Shown piece by piece: positions 23,089 to 35,100 of a stretch of 64,000 nucleotides of DNA. The position numbers and the translations under genes were made by a program. The notes beneath the pieces were generated by a model that worked only from the letters and a program-made list of their open reading frames with translations, did no database searches and had not been told where the DNA came from. Location: contig BROI01000025.1 of NCBI GenBank assembly GCA_027923505.1, positions 186,001 through 250,000 on the forward strand. The letters are read 5' to 3'. Source of the stretch: Mayamaea pseudoterrestris. Taxonomy: Eukaryota. Position 1 is the stretch's first letter. Each line of letters starts with the position of its first letter.

Positions 23089-23372
23089 ACGCCAAGTCAC
23101 TAAAAGCAATCTATGTGAGGGGAAAGCGTTTTGTTTGACCTAAAAAAGTAAACACACCTTATCTGTTTAATAATAATCTGCGTCAAACAATCGTTTCTCT
23201 GTAAGGATTACAACGAGTCCAAATCAGTTTTCCTGCGATGATAACAAGCATTGAATTGTACCGGTGCGACTATGAATACGGTGTCAATACATCGTGAATG
23301 CCATCTGCCGATCCAGCTTGTTCCATCACGTTCGCTGCCCTCACAATTTCGCATGCAGCAACCATATCCATC

Positions 23373-23954
23373 ATGATGCTCAACCACTCCATTTTCCTGT
23401 GTGCTACACTTCTCTTGATATCGGTTGATGCCCATGATTCATCGTACAACTGCGCCGCTGGGACCATTGAGTCTACCGACATTTCCAGGGCAACACTCCA
23501 CCTTCAGGAAGCCATTTCATCGCGGCTCCAAGCTTGCGAATCCAACAACGGTACCGAATGTCCCATTTACGACATGTTTGAAAGTAACTACGCGGAATCG
23601 TCCTGTCAACAAGAAACTGGTGTATCCTACAGGACGAATTTAGTTAGACTCACGTGGTCTTGCCAGGATTCAACCCCCGGCGACAAGGCATCCATTTACG
23701 TTGAATATGGCAGCTGCTCTGACTCAAACTGTACTGCCCAATCTAATCATTCGATTTGGGAGGAATCGTTTGCCAACATGAGTGCGAGTCTCAATGATGG
23801 ATTGCCTTCCGGCGTGTCTTGCAACTACACAATTTATAAGGCAGAAGCGAATGCAGATGCTGGTGCAGAATCGGGTGCAGGTGCAGGTTTTTTGCTTCAT
23901 GTTGCGATTGCGACGACATTTATTGCAGCGATAGTTACCATGCTTGCCACATAG
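23373..23954 (+). CDS. Cys-rich secreted, probably GPI-anchored protein (family B, copy 1)
   Basis: Signal MMLNHSIFLCATLLLISVDA and 8 Cys in the mature part. A small-residue linker ESGAGAG precedes a hydrophobic tail. Confidence 0.82.
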   Translation: MMLNHSIFLCATLLLISVDAHDSSYNCAAGTIESTDISRATLHLQEAISSRLQACESNNGTECPIYDMFESNYAESSCQQETGVSYRTNLVRLTWSCQDSTPGDKASIYVEYGSCSDSNCTAQSNHSIWEESFANMSASLNDGLPSGVSCNYTIYKAEANADAGAESGAGAGFLLHVAIATTFIAAIVTMLAT

Positions 23955-24307
23955 AGAATGCAACTGATAAAACCATTGGAGTGCGTCTTGATTAGTGCAA
24001 GCCACGGGCATGGCTGATATGAACTACTTGTGCAGCGTAAATGTGGCATTAACGGACTTGTTGTCACAATTTTGATTCATTCATACTGTATATAGTAAAA
24101 TTGGCTTGTAATATTGCAGCTCCAATAGTTATAAAGTGTGTATGTGTGTACTTGGGTTTGCAGGACAAAGGTAGTTGTAGTACCGGTACGATGCGTTTTG
24201 CATTTGCGAGTGCACGCGAGAATTCGAGCTTCCAACGTGTTCCCGTCCCTATTGAACTGTTGATCAAAACAGCTTCTCCAAGTCAGTGTTGAACCGCACA
24301 AATTGAA

Positions 24308-24901
24308 ATGATGCGCTACATTCTCCGCCTCCTTGCTCCTCTCGCTGTGCTGATTGTGGGAGTCAATTCTCAAACCAATTGCACCGTTGGCAAGATTCAA
24401 CAGGCCGACATCGTCAATGCAACCATTGGCCTTCAGGAACTTGTCGCTATGCAACTTGATATTTGCGCCTCCGACGACACTCCATACGCCTGCAACCACG
24501 AGGCGATACAGGATGGATTTGAAACGTCTTATAACGTGTGGGTAGCGTCGTGCGACGAATATAACAATCAATCGAGATCGATTGATCTCATTACCCTTAC
24601 CTGGACTTGCAAGAACTCGAGCCAGGCCACAAATGCACTTGTCACTATCAACTACAGTACTTGTGAGGGAACTGGAAGCTGCTCCCATCAAAACGCACGA
24701 TCAACATGGGAAGCTTCCTTCGAAAACATGAAGAAAGCGCTCAATGATGAAGTGCCTTCTGGTTTGTCTTGCGACTACTCAAACTATGTCGAAAACTCGT
24801 TCAGTGATCAAGACTCGACCTCGACCTTGTCCTCGTCTGTTGCAGGCATGACAATTTACGCGTGGTCTACGGCTTTGGTTGTAATGCTTGTACTGTACTA
24901 A
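24308..24901 (+). CDS. Cys-rich secreted, probably GPI-anchored protein (family B, copy 2)
   Basis: Signal MMRYILRLLAPLAVLIVGVNS. Paralog of 23373-23954 (LTWTC vs LTWSC; WEASFENMKKALNDEVPSGLSCDY vs WEESFANMSASLNDGLPSGVSCNY). Hydrophobic tail. Confidence 0.82.
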   Translation: MMRYILRLLAPLAVLIVGVNSQTNCTVGKIQQADIVNATIGLQELVAMQLDICASDDTPYACNHEAIQDGFETSYNVWVASCDEYNNQSRSIDLITLTWTCKNSSQATNALVTINYSTCEGTGSCSHQNARSTWEASFENMKKALNDEVPSGLSCDYSNYVENSFSDQDSTSTLSSSVAGMTIYAWSTALVVMLVLY

Positions 24902-25400
24902 GGAACGGTAAAGACTTTCCGTTTGATGTAAAATGTGGGCCGGCGGGTGCATGCTGTCACTGTTTACCTCATTGCCTGTCGACAATGATAGCTACCGGTA
25001 TACAGGCGTTGAGTGCTCTAACGTTAGGCTTTAGGCCGTAACAATGTGTCGTAGCAGACTTGACAGATCTTGTTGTTAAGCATACTGTACTAGAAATCAC
25101 TCTCTCAAAACAATCTGTAGAGCTTTGATAGCATAGCATATCGGGATGCGGTGAAGACAAGGAAACAAACACACGATCAAAAAAGACACTTTTGCAGTCG
25201 TGTGAAAAAGTGTATACAGGATTGACCATAAGCCCTTTTCTCGAACGGGTCATTTTGCAGCGACACTGGATCATGAAATTGCACCGCGATGATCGTTTCA
25301 GTTTTTGAAATTCTGACATCCCAGTGAGCTTCCTGCCTGTTCCCGCGAAGAGTCAAAGGTTTGACTGTTACTTTTAATCTTTCATTCATTTGTCGAAACC

Positions 25401-26496
25401 ATGCGTGTTGCACTTGCCGTATCGATTGCTTTACCGTCCATTGTCGGCGCCAAGGTCTCGGCTTCAACGATCGATGGGAAGCGAGTCAGCAGAGGCCTGA
25501 TTGCCAAGCATTTAATCAACTCACCCGTTTGGAAGCATCAGACTTCTGAGGTAAGACGCGCCGAGAACATTCTGGATGACGACGCCGACAACAGTGATCC
25601 GGACGTTGGCATCTTGGCTCCACGCAGTTTGGAGGAGTTCCAGTCTCTCTTCAACGGGTTCAACAGCACTGGATTGGACTTTGATTTGTGTGATCTCGTG
25701 GGCGAAGGTTTTGGCGGAAAAACTTGCAACTGTGACAATTGGATGCTGTTCACTGGATCCATTTCTTGCGAGGGCGAGACGGAATGTTTTGATGAAGACG
25801 ACAAAGTATGTGGCACAACTTCTGTGAGCCTCGACACGGAAATGACTGGAGACTTTACACTTGAGTATTGCATCGACTTGACCAAGCCAGACAAACACAG
25901 CTACTGCATGCAGTATGCCGTTGCCGCGGAGAATGTATTCGGCAGCATGTTCTCCGACACGCAGCAGACAGGATCCTGTTCGCTGACGATTGACGGCACG
26001 CTCTGCAAGTCCTGCTCCGTTCAAACGGAGTGCACGGAAATGAATGATGGACTTCCTGTTGCTGGCTTGGGTAAGTTCTTGATAAGCCGATCACTGGCCG
26101 CGCGCATTCATATTCAAACTGACCCTCGTACATGCTTCTTCATACATCACAGGAGCGTTTGATTGCAGCAACACGAACGTTAAAACAAAAGGCAATCAGT
26201 GCGACGGCGACAGTCCCTTTCCAAGCATTGATATCACGAAACTGGCCATTTTCAGCGTGGATCAGGACTCGCTCTTTGGCGGCGGCGGCTTGGATGACGG
26301 CGGCGGCTTGGATGACGCATGGACCGCCAACAAGTTTTTCGATGACGACGACGGCTCAACTGCCAGCCCTACCGAGCAGGAATGGGAGGATGGAACTCGC
26401 GCCGCCACCAGTGGCTCTTGTAAAGGCTGGCGAATGACCTGGATGACGGGTGCTGTGCTGACTGGGCTCGTTGCGGGGGCGATCGGAATGGCTTGA
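25401..26496 (+). CDS. Cys-rich secreted, probably GPI-anchored surface protein (family A, copy 2; 2 exons)
   Basis: Paralog of 22006-23088 (MRVALAVSIALPSIVGAK, PDVGIL, CNCDNW, EYC..TKP..HSYC, FDCSNT, GNQC). Intron 26071-26152 is at the same position and phase. Hydrophobic C-terminus. Confidence 0.85.
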
Positions 26497-26910
26497 CGCG
26501 GCAATTCTTGTTCGCTTCTTATGTTAACATTTCGACTAAAACCTATTGTAATCATACTTTTGCATGCATATTTACATTTTGCAAGCCAAAACTGGAGTGA
26601 CATACAGGAAAAGACATATTTGGTTAACGTAGGTCAAGTATAGGAGCATTGTCGGGATGACTCGTCTGCTGTGAGCATGGCCTTTCATGCTATAACAACA
26701 ATTTGGCAATAATGTATGCAAGCTTTGTCTTGACATTAGCTTTTCTGCGCCTACGCAGTATCACTTGCCAGTTGTTGAATCTCTGCGTGCGCATGGGAAG
26801 ACTCGAACGCAATCAACATGAACACCAATTATGTACGTTTGTTGCCATTATAAAACTTATGACTTAATATTCTTTTTAATCATCTATATATAATCAAAAC
26901 GCACCATTCT

Positions 26911-28464
26911 CTACAACGAAACAAACTTGGCAGTCGCTGCTTCCCGCTGTCGCTGCCGATTCTCGTCGTCCGATTCATGTCGATGCACCGACCCATGGCC
27001 TTGTCCGCGATGCGAACTAATCAAGCTGCTCGTACCAACGCTCCACAGCGTGTTTCCCACGGCCAACACTCCCGACATGCCGGCCAATCCCGTCGTTCGC
27101 GCCGCCACCCACGCCAATCGTGCACTCAGCAGCGCTGGCATGGCGAGCTCACGACTGGCCGCCACGACGGGTGCGAGCAACTGACCCGTCGCTTGTCCCA
27201 GTGGCGTGGCCGACACCACGTCGAGTGGAAGCAGCGCCAAGTTTTGGGCAGCGTCCATCATGTTTTGACGCTCAATGACAAAGACGGCGTTGCGATGCAA
27301 GCGGACGCAAGCCTTGCTGCTGGAATGTCCACTTGTTGCAGTGCCTGCTAGCTCATACTCGCACAACAAGTAGGCTCCCCGACGTTCCAAAACAGCAAGT
27401 GGCTTGAGTGGAGGAAGCAATGGCCTGCACGTATTGTGCCAGGGACTGCGTCGGGCAAAGGCTTCCAGTGCAACGACATCCTTCACCTGCGGCTCAAGTC
27501 CGTGCGGCTGGTACGACACCAGGACACGCACCATGCCCGTACAGGGAGGCGGTTTGGGTGCATCTGCGGTGGACGATGCCTCCAAGTGGTCCTTCGAGTA
27601 GGCTGCAGCAGCCGACGACGATGAGGCAGCCTCCGCGTAGGCCAAGGCCTGCTGCTGCTCCACTTCCTCGGCTTGTCCATTCATACTAATGGGAACCCAA
27701 ACATCGCGGACTCCTGGCAACGCTTGTCCCGTGATTGTTTCTCCCAAGCAAAGTTCCGTCAAATCCAGCGTCCCAACACCCAACAATCGTGCGTTCGCTC
27801 CCGGAAATAGACTCTCCACAGCCGTGGCGTCCTCCTCGACTCGAATCTTTAGTAATATTCGCTGTCCATCCTGCATGACACCCTTGCGCAAGGGAAATTC
27901 AAACTCGCAATTGTCCCACACGGGAGAATTGTCACTCGGAACGACGGGCGATGACGCCGAGTAAGCCGACGACGACTTTTTGCCGGAGGTAGTGTGCGTC
28001 GTGGTGCGGGCTGCTGGCTTCTTGTCCAAATCCTCGCGCGATAACGTCGTCTTGGACGGATGGTTTCCGCCACCAGCACTACTCTGCTTTGACTCATGCA
28101 TGTATTCAAACTCCAATGTAAAGTTGCAAAAGGCCGAAACGGCGCCATGCGCCTTGCTCAGCTTCAAGTGCCGCACCGCAGGAAGCGCCAAGGCGCTCCA
28201 GTAGCTTCGCTGCAAGTCGGCCGCCTCCAGCAAGCGCACCCGAAAACTTCCAATCCAGCCACGCTGATGGTGCAGCTGGCGGTAGGGACAATCCCGAAAG
28301 GCTTTGGAATGGTCCCAGTGTATCAAATCGGCGTGGTGCTGCGTGCTGCGGCGCGCCTTGGTGGCTTCGTACGTGCTGTTGGTGGTTGATGGACTGTTGA
28401 GAATGTTGCTGCTGCGCGCGTTAGAGTCATGCTGATTGGAGTCTTCGTAATTAGAGTAAGACAT
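26911..28464 (-). CDS. C2-domain-containing protein
   Basis: GSFRVRLLEAADL...SPVVPSDNSPVWDNCEFEFPL...LKIRVEED...LLGVGTLDLTEL...DVWVPI...GMVRVLVSY matches C2 strand motifs. Confidence 0.82.
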   Translation of the reverse strand: MSYSNYEDSNQHDSNARSSNILNSPSTTNSTYEATKARRSTQHHADLIHWDHSKAFRDCPYRQLHHQRGWIGSFRVRLLEAADLQRSYWSALALPAVRHLKLSKAHGAVSAFCNFTLEFEYMHESKQSSAGGGNHPSKTTLSREDLDKKPAARTTTHTTSGKKSSSAYSASSPVVPSDNSPVWDNCEFEFPLRKGVMQDGQRILLKIRVEEDATAVESLFPGANARLLGVGTLDLTELCLGETITGQALPGVRDVWVPISMNGQAEEVEQQQALAYAEAASSSSAAAAYSKDHLEASSTADAPKPPPCTGMVRVLVSYQPHGLEPQVKDVVALEAFARRSPWHNTCRPLLPPLKPLAVLERRGAYLLCEYELAGTATSGHSSSKACVRLHRNAVFVIERQNMMDAAQNLALLPLDVVSATPLGQATGQLLAPVVAASRELAMPALLSARLAWVAARTTGLAGMSGVLAVGNTLWSVGTSSLISSHRGQGHGSVHRHESDDENRQRQREAATAKFVSL

Positions 28465-29042
28465 TGTTCTTGTTAATTGCTAAGTAGGTTGAGTCAATTT
28501 GTTACCGTAGTATAAGATTCAAAAGAAGACGGGAAAGAGCAATGTATGAGAGCGGCGAAACGCCATGGTGATGATGCAAATCGAATGATGTCGTCGTCCA
28601 TTCAAAGTGTCGCACCGCTAATGCTATCGCAGCGCGACTAGAGACAGTTTGCAGACCTGTTTCAGCGACAAGCTCGGTAACGTTAGCTACCTTTATAGAC
28701 AGGTTGAGTCAAAAAATTTATGTGCATGCGGACAAGCGCAAGATAGACTGACCGTAGCATCTCATCATGAAACGCCGCTGCTCTTGTGCAAGGTCGCGAA
28801 TCGGCACGAGAATCTACACCAAATCTGCGGAATTGCTTCATCTTAACGCGTCCAACTTATCTACACACTCACTACTTAGAAGCTGCAGCATTAATGACAT
28901 GTATGTGTGCACTATTTTGTTTGTAAAGTAGTATTGAAATTGCAGACTTGAAAGCCGCGCGCTGAACGATCTTGTCGCCAAACACTTCGTACAGAACGGA
29001 AGGCCTGCCGACATTTGATCATGTCCGCTGCAAACACCATAT

Positions 29043-30323
29043 TTACACCATCATGACATCCGCTTGATTCTGAATCACGGTAGGTTGGTCCGTCGACTCG
29101 ATTGCCACTACACTGTCCATGACTTCCGACTCCAAACTGGCGCGGTGCGGTTCCGGAAAGCACTGGAGAATGACACCAAAGCATGCCAGCGAAACGCTCA
29201 GCATCAAGAGACTTGGAAAGATTTGCTCACGCATGTCCAAAACAATGTCAATCAAGATCCAGGCCAAGCAAATTCCAATGAGACTAAAGAAGACATAGTA
29301 TGATTCCATGCGGATAAAGGTCTTGTCATTGGAGGAGTCATCGTCCATGCGCGCATGATCCGATGTCAAGAGGCGTAAACTCAAGCACCCACAAAAGGTG
29401 ACGGCAACGGTGCTAATGCTCCAAACAAGTGAAAAGACAATGACATTGTCCAACAGTGGTTCCGTCATTTGGTTCTTCCATAGAGCAAAACTGAGAAAGA
29501 ACTGGGAGCACAGTCCTGCGAGTAATCCCAAAGTTCCGGCAATGAGCTGGTACGTGTTCATGAGACTGCTGTCGCGAGTAGCATTGCTGTCGGTTTGATC
29601 AATGTGATTGACTGCAGCGTAGGATCCATGCTCGTGACTTCCTCGCAGCATGCACTTGTAAAAAGCAAGATACGCGAATAGGCTGCCGCAGATTGTCGCG
29701 ACGCTCCACCATCCATGCAGTCCAGCCTTGACGAGACCGCTCGGACTGACGCGAAAGACATCAATGACAATCCAAGTGAGACTGATGGTAAGAAGCGCTC
29801 CAATGATATGATGCGCCTCCATTTGAAAGGTAGCATCCATCCACGCGCGCGATTGCTGCATTGACATGGCGACAGTCTTGGTCACGTTTCGTACTAAAAG
29901 CAGCATGCTCAAAAAGACCATGGCGCAAGTCGCCATGCTCCAGCCCAAGGAGAAGAAAACGACGCGCTCGGCCGACTGCGTCATAATGGCGTCGCTCCAT
30001 AGAGCCAAGCTGAGAATGTACTGCGATAAAATGGCAATGGCGCATCCAGAAATAAAGCTGAGAGTTTTGAGGCGAGGCAAGAATGAAGATTCGAAGGTTT
30101 GTTGACTGTTATCGCTGTCGTGACTGCGAGGCAAGAGTGGTTCCGACATGCGGATCGAGGCATCAGCATCATCATTGGTGTCAGCGGAGATGGGCGCTTG
30201 GTAAAGAACGGCCGTGTAGGCGGCGGTTGGAAGAGACATGATTGCAAGAGACTCCTGTATGTGAAGAAACAAAGGCTGCTTTGTACGGTCCTTGGTGTCG
30301 ATCGCAGTCGCAAGAAAAGACAA
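29043..30323 (-). CDS. Polytopic membrane protein (about 8 TM) made of two internal repeats, unknown function
   Basis: Eight hydrophobic segments. The halves share SQ..LS.ALW, FSL.WS..T, F.ME and WI.ID. The start may be the ATG near 30239. Confidence 0.8.
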   Translation of the reverse strand: MSFLATAIDTKDRTKQPLFLHIQESLAIMSLPTAAYTAVLYQAPISADTNDDADASIRMSEPLLPRSHDSDNSQQTFESSFLPRLKTLSFISGCAIAILSQYILSLALWSDAIMTQSAERVVFFSLGWSMATCAMVFLSMLLLVRNVTKTVAMSMQQSRAWMDATFQMEAHHIIGALLTISLTWIVIDVFRVSPSGLVKAGLHGWWSVATICGSLFAYLAFYKCMLRGSHEHGSYAAVNHIDQTDSNATRDSSLMNTYQLIAGTLGLLAGLCSQFFLSFALWKNQMTEPLLDNVIVFSLVWSISTVAVTFCGCLSLRLLTSDHARMDDDSSNDKTFIRMESYYVFFSLIGICLAWILIDIVLDMREQIFPSLLMLSVSLACFGVILQCFPEPHRASLESEVMDSVVAIESTDQPTVIQNQADVMMV

Positions 30324-30783
30324 GAAGCAAGACGACCGGCGAGTCGTCGGTGCTGAAAATGAAATCGATCATTCGCTAATATCACGTGTCGCAGCGATGG
30401 TATCTAACGGGTTGACTGCTTAAGTACCGCTTCCGTGAAAACTCCTCAACGGCTGCTTGCAAATTCTCGCGCGGGGCGGGTCGACGAGAAAATGAGGCTG
30501 GACCATCTTTAACTTTATAATCCCGCGAACTGCAATTTAAGAGCACCTTGTGTAAGCTTACAAGAACTCATAAGTGGAAGCAGAAGTATGTGGTTTTCAA
30601 TTTATAGGAACGCTCGCAGGCGAAAGAATTTTGGATTTGATATGTTGTCGTTCCGGTACTCCATGCGACACGACATTTTTCGACACGACGACCATGGAGG
30701 GTTTGCCGACCTGCCTCGCAAGCCAAATCTCGCCAGCCATACCATCGAATCTGGCGCTAACATTGTAGTTTGAATAAAAGGTT

Positions 30784-32073
30784 ATGAATTCGTCGCCGCA
30801 AGGCCAAAGGCATCGGAAAAATCATTTCGGTCGTCAAGAAGAGGGCGGCGATCATCTTCAGCTTCCACGGTCGGCCACGCCGACGAACAAAAATGGGCTA
30901 CATCATCGAAAGAGAGCCACGAATCGACAAGCAATCGCCCATGTTATAATATTGGTCATGATATTATGTGCAGCAGGGCCTTCTCTCTACTTCTTACATG
31001 GAATTTGTACCGACCAACGCATAGAATCTGACGCACTCGCGCCAACAAGCAGGCAATCATTTCCAGTGGCAACAATTCCACAAAATCGCGCTTATTCGCT
31101 AAATCAAAAGCAGCTCTATAATGTGACTATTGCCAAACCAGAAAACCATTTGTCACCAGAGAAGCATCAGCCTATCATTCCAAACATTGTTACGTTTACT
31201 CACTATCTGAACCTGATCGAAGTCAATTTCACTCGCGAGGCAACCCTTAACAAGACTTTCATTGCAGATGACGAACTAGACGAGCTTGTCGTGTTGCAAC
31301 AAAACGTTCGAAATATTATAGCGTTGCATCCAACTGCTAAAGTTCGTTTCCTGACGGACGACGACTGTCGAAGGAGCATTGCCAATGTCTTTGAACAGAT
31401 TGGCAAAAAGCGCGACACCAATGCAACAACAACTTCTTCTCAATTATCGCTTGTTGACTACTTTGACAAGGAACGAGCAGGCATGTACAAGGCCGACTTG
31501 TGCCGCGGCGCCGCACTTTGGGAAACTGGAGGCCTGTACTTTGACGTTGACTTGGGCGTTCGCATGAACGTATTGACGGCCTTGCAGCAGACGCAGAACA
31601 AGCGAAAGCAAGCGACAACCTTTTGTACCGTGCGGGTGCATGAGCAGTCGAACCGGCCGGGAGCGTTCTTTCAGGCGTTTATTGGTGTGACACCGCAACA
31701 CGCCATCATTGAGCGATATGTGGAATTGTTTTGGGATTACTATAGAGGCATGCTGCCGGAATACAAAAATGAACCACTTGGTGTAGTGCTGCTCAAGCAA
31801 GCAATGGATGATGTGCTGCGCCATGACCCCGAGGCTGCTGCGACAATTGAGCTTTGGCAAGAGGTGTTGTATCGTACAAACATGAAATCAAAGCTGGAAA
31901 AGATTGTACCGTACCCACCTTGGGGCACACGCCGAGCTTGCAAGTTTATAGTTGTCAGTAGCGCCAAGAATCCATTCACAGTGCCTTTCTACAGTCGAAT
32001 TGCTGGATCACGAATGTGCCCAGTAGGCAGCGTAACGAAGGTCGCCGCTATGAAGCGGCATAGGAAGCGATGA
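30784..32073 (+). CDS. Type II membrane glycosyltransferase, GT32/OCH1-like (DXD)
   Basis: Single N-terminal TM; IIPNIV; FLTDDDCR; KADLCRGAALWETGGLYFDVD; FFQAFI. Confidence 0.85.
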   Translation: MNSSPQGQRHRKNHFGRQEEGGDHLQLPRSATPTNKNGLHHRKRATNRQAIAHVIILVMILCAAGPSLYFLHGICTDQRIESDALAPTSRQSFPVATIPQNRAYSLNQKQLYNVTIAKPENHLSPEKHQPIIPNIVTFTHYLNLIEVNFTREATLNKTFIADDELDELVVLQQNVRNIIALHPTAKVRFLTDDDCRRSIANVFEQIGKKRDTNATTTSSQLSLVDYFDKERAGMYKADLCRGAALWETGGLYFDVDLGVRMNVLTALQQTQNKRKQATTFCTVRVHEQSNRPGAFFQAFIGVTPQHAIIERYVELFWDYYRGMLPEYKNEPLGVVLLKQAMDDVLRHDPEAAATIELWQEVLYRTNMKSKLEKIVPYPPWGTRRACKFIVVSSAKNPFTVPFYSRIAGSRMCPVGSVTKVAAMKRHRKR

Positions 32074-32158
32074 ACCAAAACTACGTGAATGCGTATACAA
32101 GAAGCATAATCATGTAAATATTGTCATATACCATTTTTATAATGCTACTTCCGCGGAT

Positions 32159-35100
32159 CTAGCGAAAGCGGAATCGAATGTACGGCAGCTCGACTTCCTC
32201 GTCATCCTTGTCGTTGGCAATAACCTCCAAAATGATAAAAAGCTGATTGGGTGGGAACTCTTTTTTGGTAATACTATGGATGACTTCGGTCATCTTCATT
32301 GCCTTGCGCTCTTCTACCTTCTTCTTATTGGCAAAGAAACTGTACAAAATGGCCGTGCCATAGCTCAACATGGAGATCTCCAAGCCGTATTCCTTCTGGA
32401 AATGATCCATAAAGTCTCCCATCGTCATGTCACCCATATTCATGTCCAAGGAATCCCATGATGTCCATTCCCACGTTTCGCCCTTTAGAATGGACTTGGT
32501 CTTGGTCGGCGGGCTCGGCTCCGACATGGTCATGAAAGGTGTCGCTAAGTTGACAAACGCGTTCTTGTAGGCATCAATCTTGAGCTCCTTACGCGCCGTG
32601 CCAATTATTTTGTACAGCTCCATGCAAATCAAACCAGTCACCAGCGCCGTCGTGGTGGCGATGGCCGGAATAATGCGTCCGGCAATGGCACGTGAGCGAT
32701 GAGTGTCTTCCGTCGGAATGGAGTAGTTAGTCGCACGCAAGTTGGAACAAGCCGTCACAAACAGCATGTGCTCGTCAATGTCCTTATCAAACTCAATGCT
32801 TCCGAGCCGAAAGCCAGCGAGGTCAGATTGCCGAGGAAGGCTGTTCCATATTTCCTCCGCCTCCTGCTCATCGGTATCCATTGCAGAGTTTTCATTCTCC
32901 TCAGCATCATTTGCGGCGATCTTGACTCCTTCAGCAGGTGAAAAGTCGGGAACAATAATGTCCTTCAACGCCGCTCGAAAAAACTCCTCGTCCGTTCGAC
33001 CAGTAATGCCGTACATTTCGGCCCGCAAGTTTGCAGCCGCAACGAGAAAGTCGAAGTGATTTCGCATGTTGGTATCCGGGTCGACTTGGTCCATGTCAAA
33101 GACAACAGGCTTCGGACAACGCTTGCTGCCCGACCAAAACTTGGCCCCGCTGGAGGTAACTTGGTCCTCCGGGAAGTTGTGAAGCAGCTGCTGAATCTGG
33201 TTGTTAAAGAGTTCTTCAAACGTCAAGCGTGCCCATGCGACGCAATCCTCAAACACCGTCGGGCGTTCCTCCACCAGCGCTTTGCGGATAATTTTCAGCT
33301 TCTCAATGCGAGAATTAGGCTGCAGACTCTCCATGTATTGCGAAGGTGGCATACTAAGGTACGCATTCACCTCCTCTCCAGTCTGCTTGAAGGAACCTTC
33401 AAACCAGTCTCGCGCCCACTGCAGCGTGTGCTGAATTTGATTTGGAAAGTTCTTGAGGGTGCAAACTGGAATCGATTTTTCCGGAGGATCGCGAGTGGCT
33501 CCATAGTTTTCCGTCAAGTGCGGAACTACAATTTGAGTGTTACCCTTCGTGCCAAGCGTCCCGCTCTCGAGCATTGGAAGGCGGTAGAACAAGCATCGTT
33601 GATCTACATAGAGTCGAGCTTCGACATTATCCAAAGCCGTGCACACACCAGACAGCTTATCATAAAAGTCGTCTCCAAACAGATTCTCCGTCTCGACAGC
33701 CACCTTCTCCTGGTAAGCTGTGATTCGCATGTCGGGGTTCATGGCCTTGGCGGCCGCTGCACCACAAGACGACTTGAACTTGTCAATGTCGGAATTGCGA
33801 AAGAGGAACTGACGACTCAGGTTACTCTTTTCGATGCGATCCATGTCAGTCACGAAAACGCCGCCCTTGGGGCCGCAACCAACTCCCATCATGGCCCAAT
33901 TCTTTAGCATTTCACATCCAATTGCGCCAGCTCCAATGAGAAAGTAATTCAATTCAAGCAGCTTCTCCTGCATGTCTCGTCCAAAGACAGCCACTTGACT
34001 GTCGTAACGACCACCCGTCGGTGCCAGCAACGAAGCATCGAGCAAATCATCCGGCAGGCACTCATCCGCGTCGTAATAGAAAAAGCCAGGAATCGGTGTA
34101 AACTTGCCGCTGCACGCCTTCAACACTTCCTGTCCAACGAGACCGCCCATGGTGGCGCAAATAGGACTCAAAATGGCCTGACTTCCACTCGCCAAGTGCA
34201 TGAGAATACGTTCCGCCGCAGCATCGGCCAGGATGCCATCCTTGTCCAGAGACTTGGCAAGATCCAAGACGGCTCGGCAAGCAACCTTGTCTCCCGGCGC
34301 AGGCAAGGCATTGTTTCGCGTCATGTACTCGATAATGGCTTGAAAGCCCAAGTGCAAGACTGGCGGACGATCAAACTTGGCAAAGTCACTCATCATAAAT
34401 TCGCCCGGGTTGGTCAATTTCGTCTCGTAAGATTCAAAGTGCAGTGTGACAGGCTGCTTGATTTGAGTAATGTAGCCCTGCTGGTTCTTTGCATGGCCAT
34501 TACCATCGTCCGTATGGTACGAAGCCGGCAAATTTACATCGGGCAGCTCAAAGGTAAACGGGCCAGTCACCTTGACCTTGTACGAAACTCCTTCCTCGAG
34601 CGGAACTCCCTGCAATCGCGCAAATTGTACAACGTCACCCGTTTCAAGGCCATGGCGCCCATGGTCCTCCAGCACCTTGACTACCGTCGTCGTGGCGCCA
34701 TTTTGCTCGCACTGCAAGACACTCTCAATTTGACTCGTGGCCGCCGCCTCGCCATTGGGATCCGCAACGACAAAATCTTGTCCAAAATCGCAAAACGCCA
34801 TGCCGAAAACACTCATGACAATGCTGTAAATGAAGCATGTATTGGTAGATCGACAAGCCTTATTCAACGCCACAATCGTCTCCTGCGGCAACGGAATCGT
34901 GACCACCACGCAGGCAAAGGGAGTTTCCGCATTTTGCACCAATCCAGTCAACGTTTCCGCCGACAAGTCGGTAACATGCGCATTCACCACGGCCACATGC
35001 GTATTCAAATCCGCCAGCTCATCCTTGCACTGATCCGCCCGCGACTTGCTGCTGCTGCTGTGTAAGTAAAAATTGCCACCAAGATCAAAACTCGTCGCCG

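Noticed and set aside
26281..26316. 18-bp tandem duplication (GGGLDD x2)
   Set aside because: A simple in-frame slippage repeat in a low-complexity stalk; not CRISPR-like and not a mobile element.
33056..35065. Long + strand ORFs (283 aa and 356 aa) antisense to UBA1
   Set aside because: Shadow ORFs produced by the codon bias of a conserved gene; no recognisable motifs.
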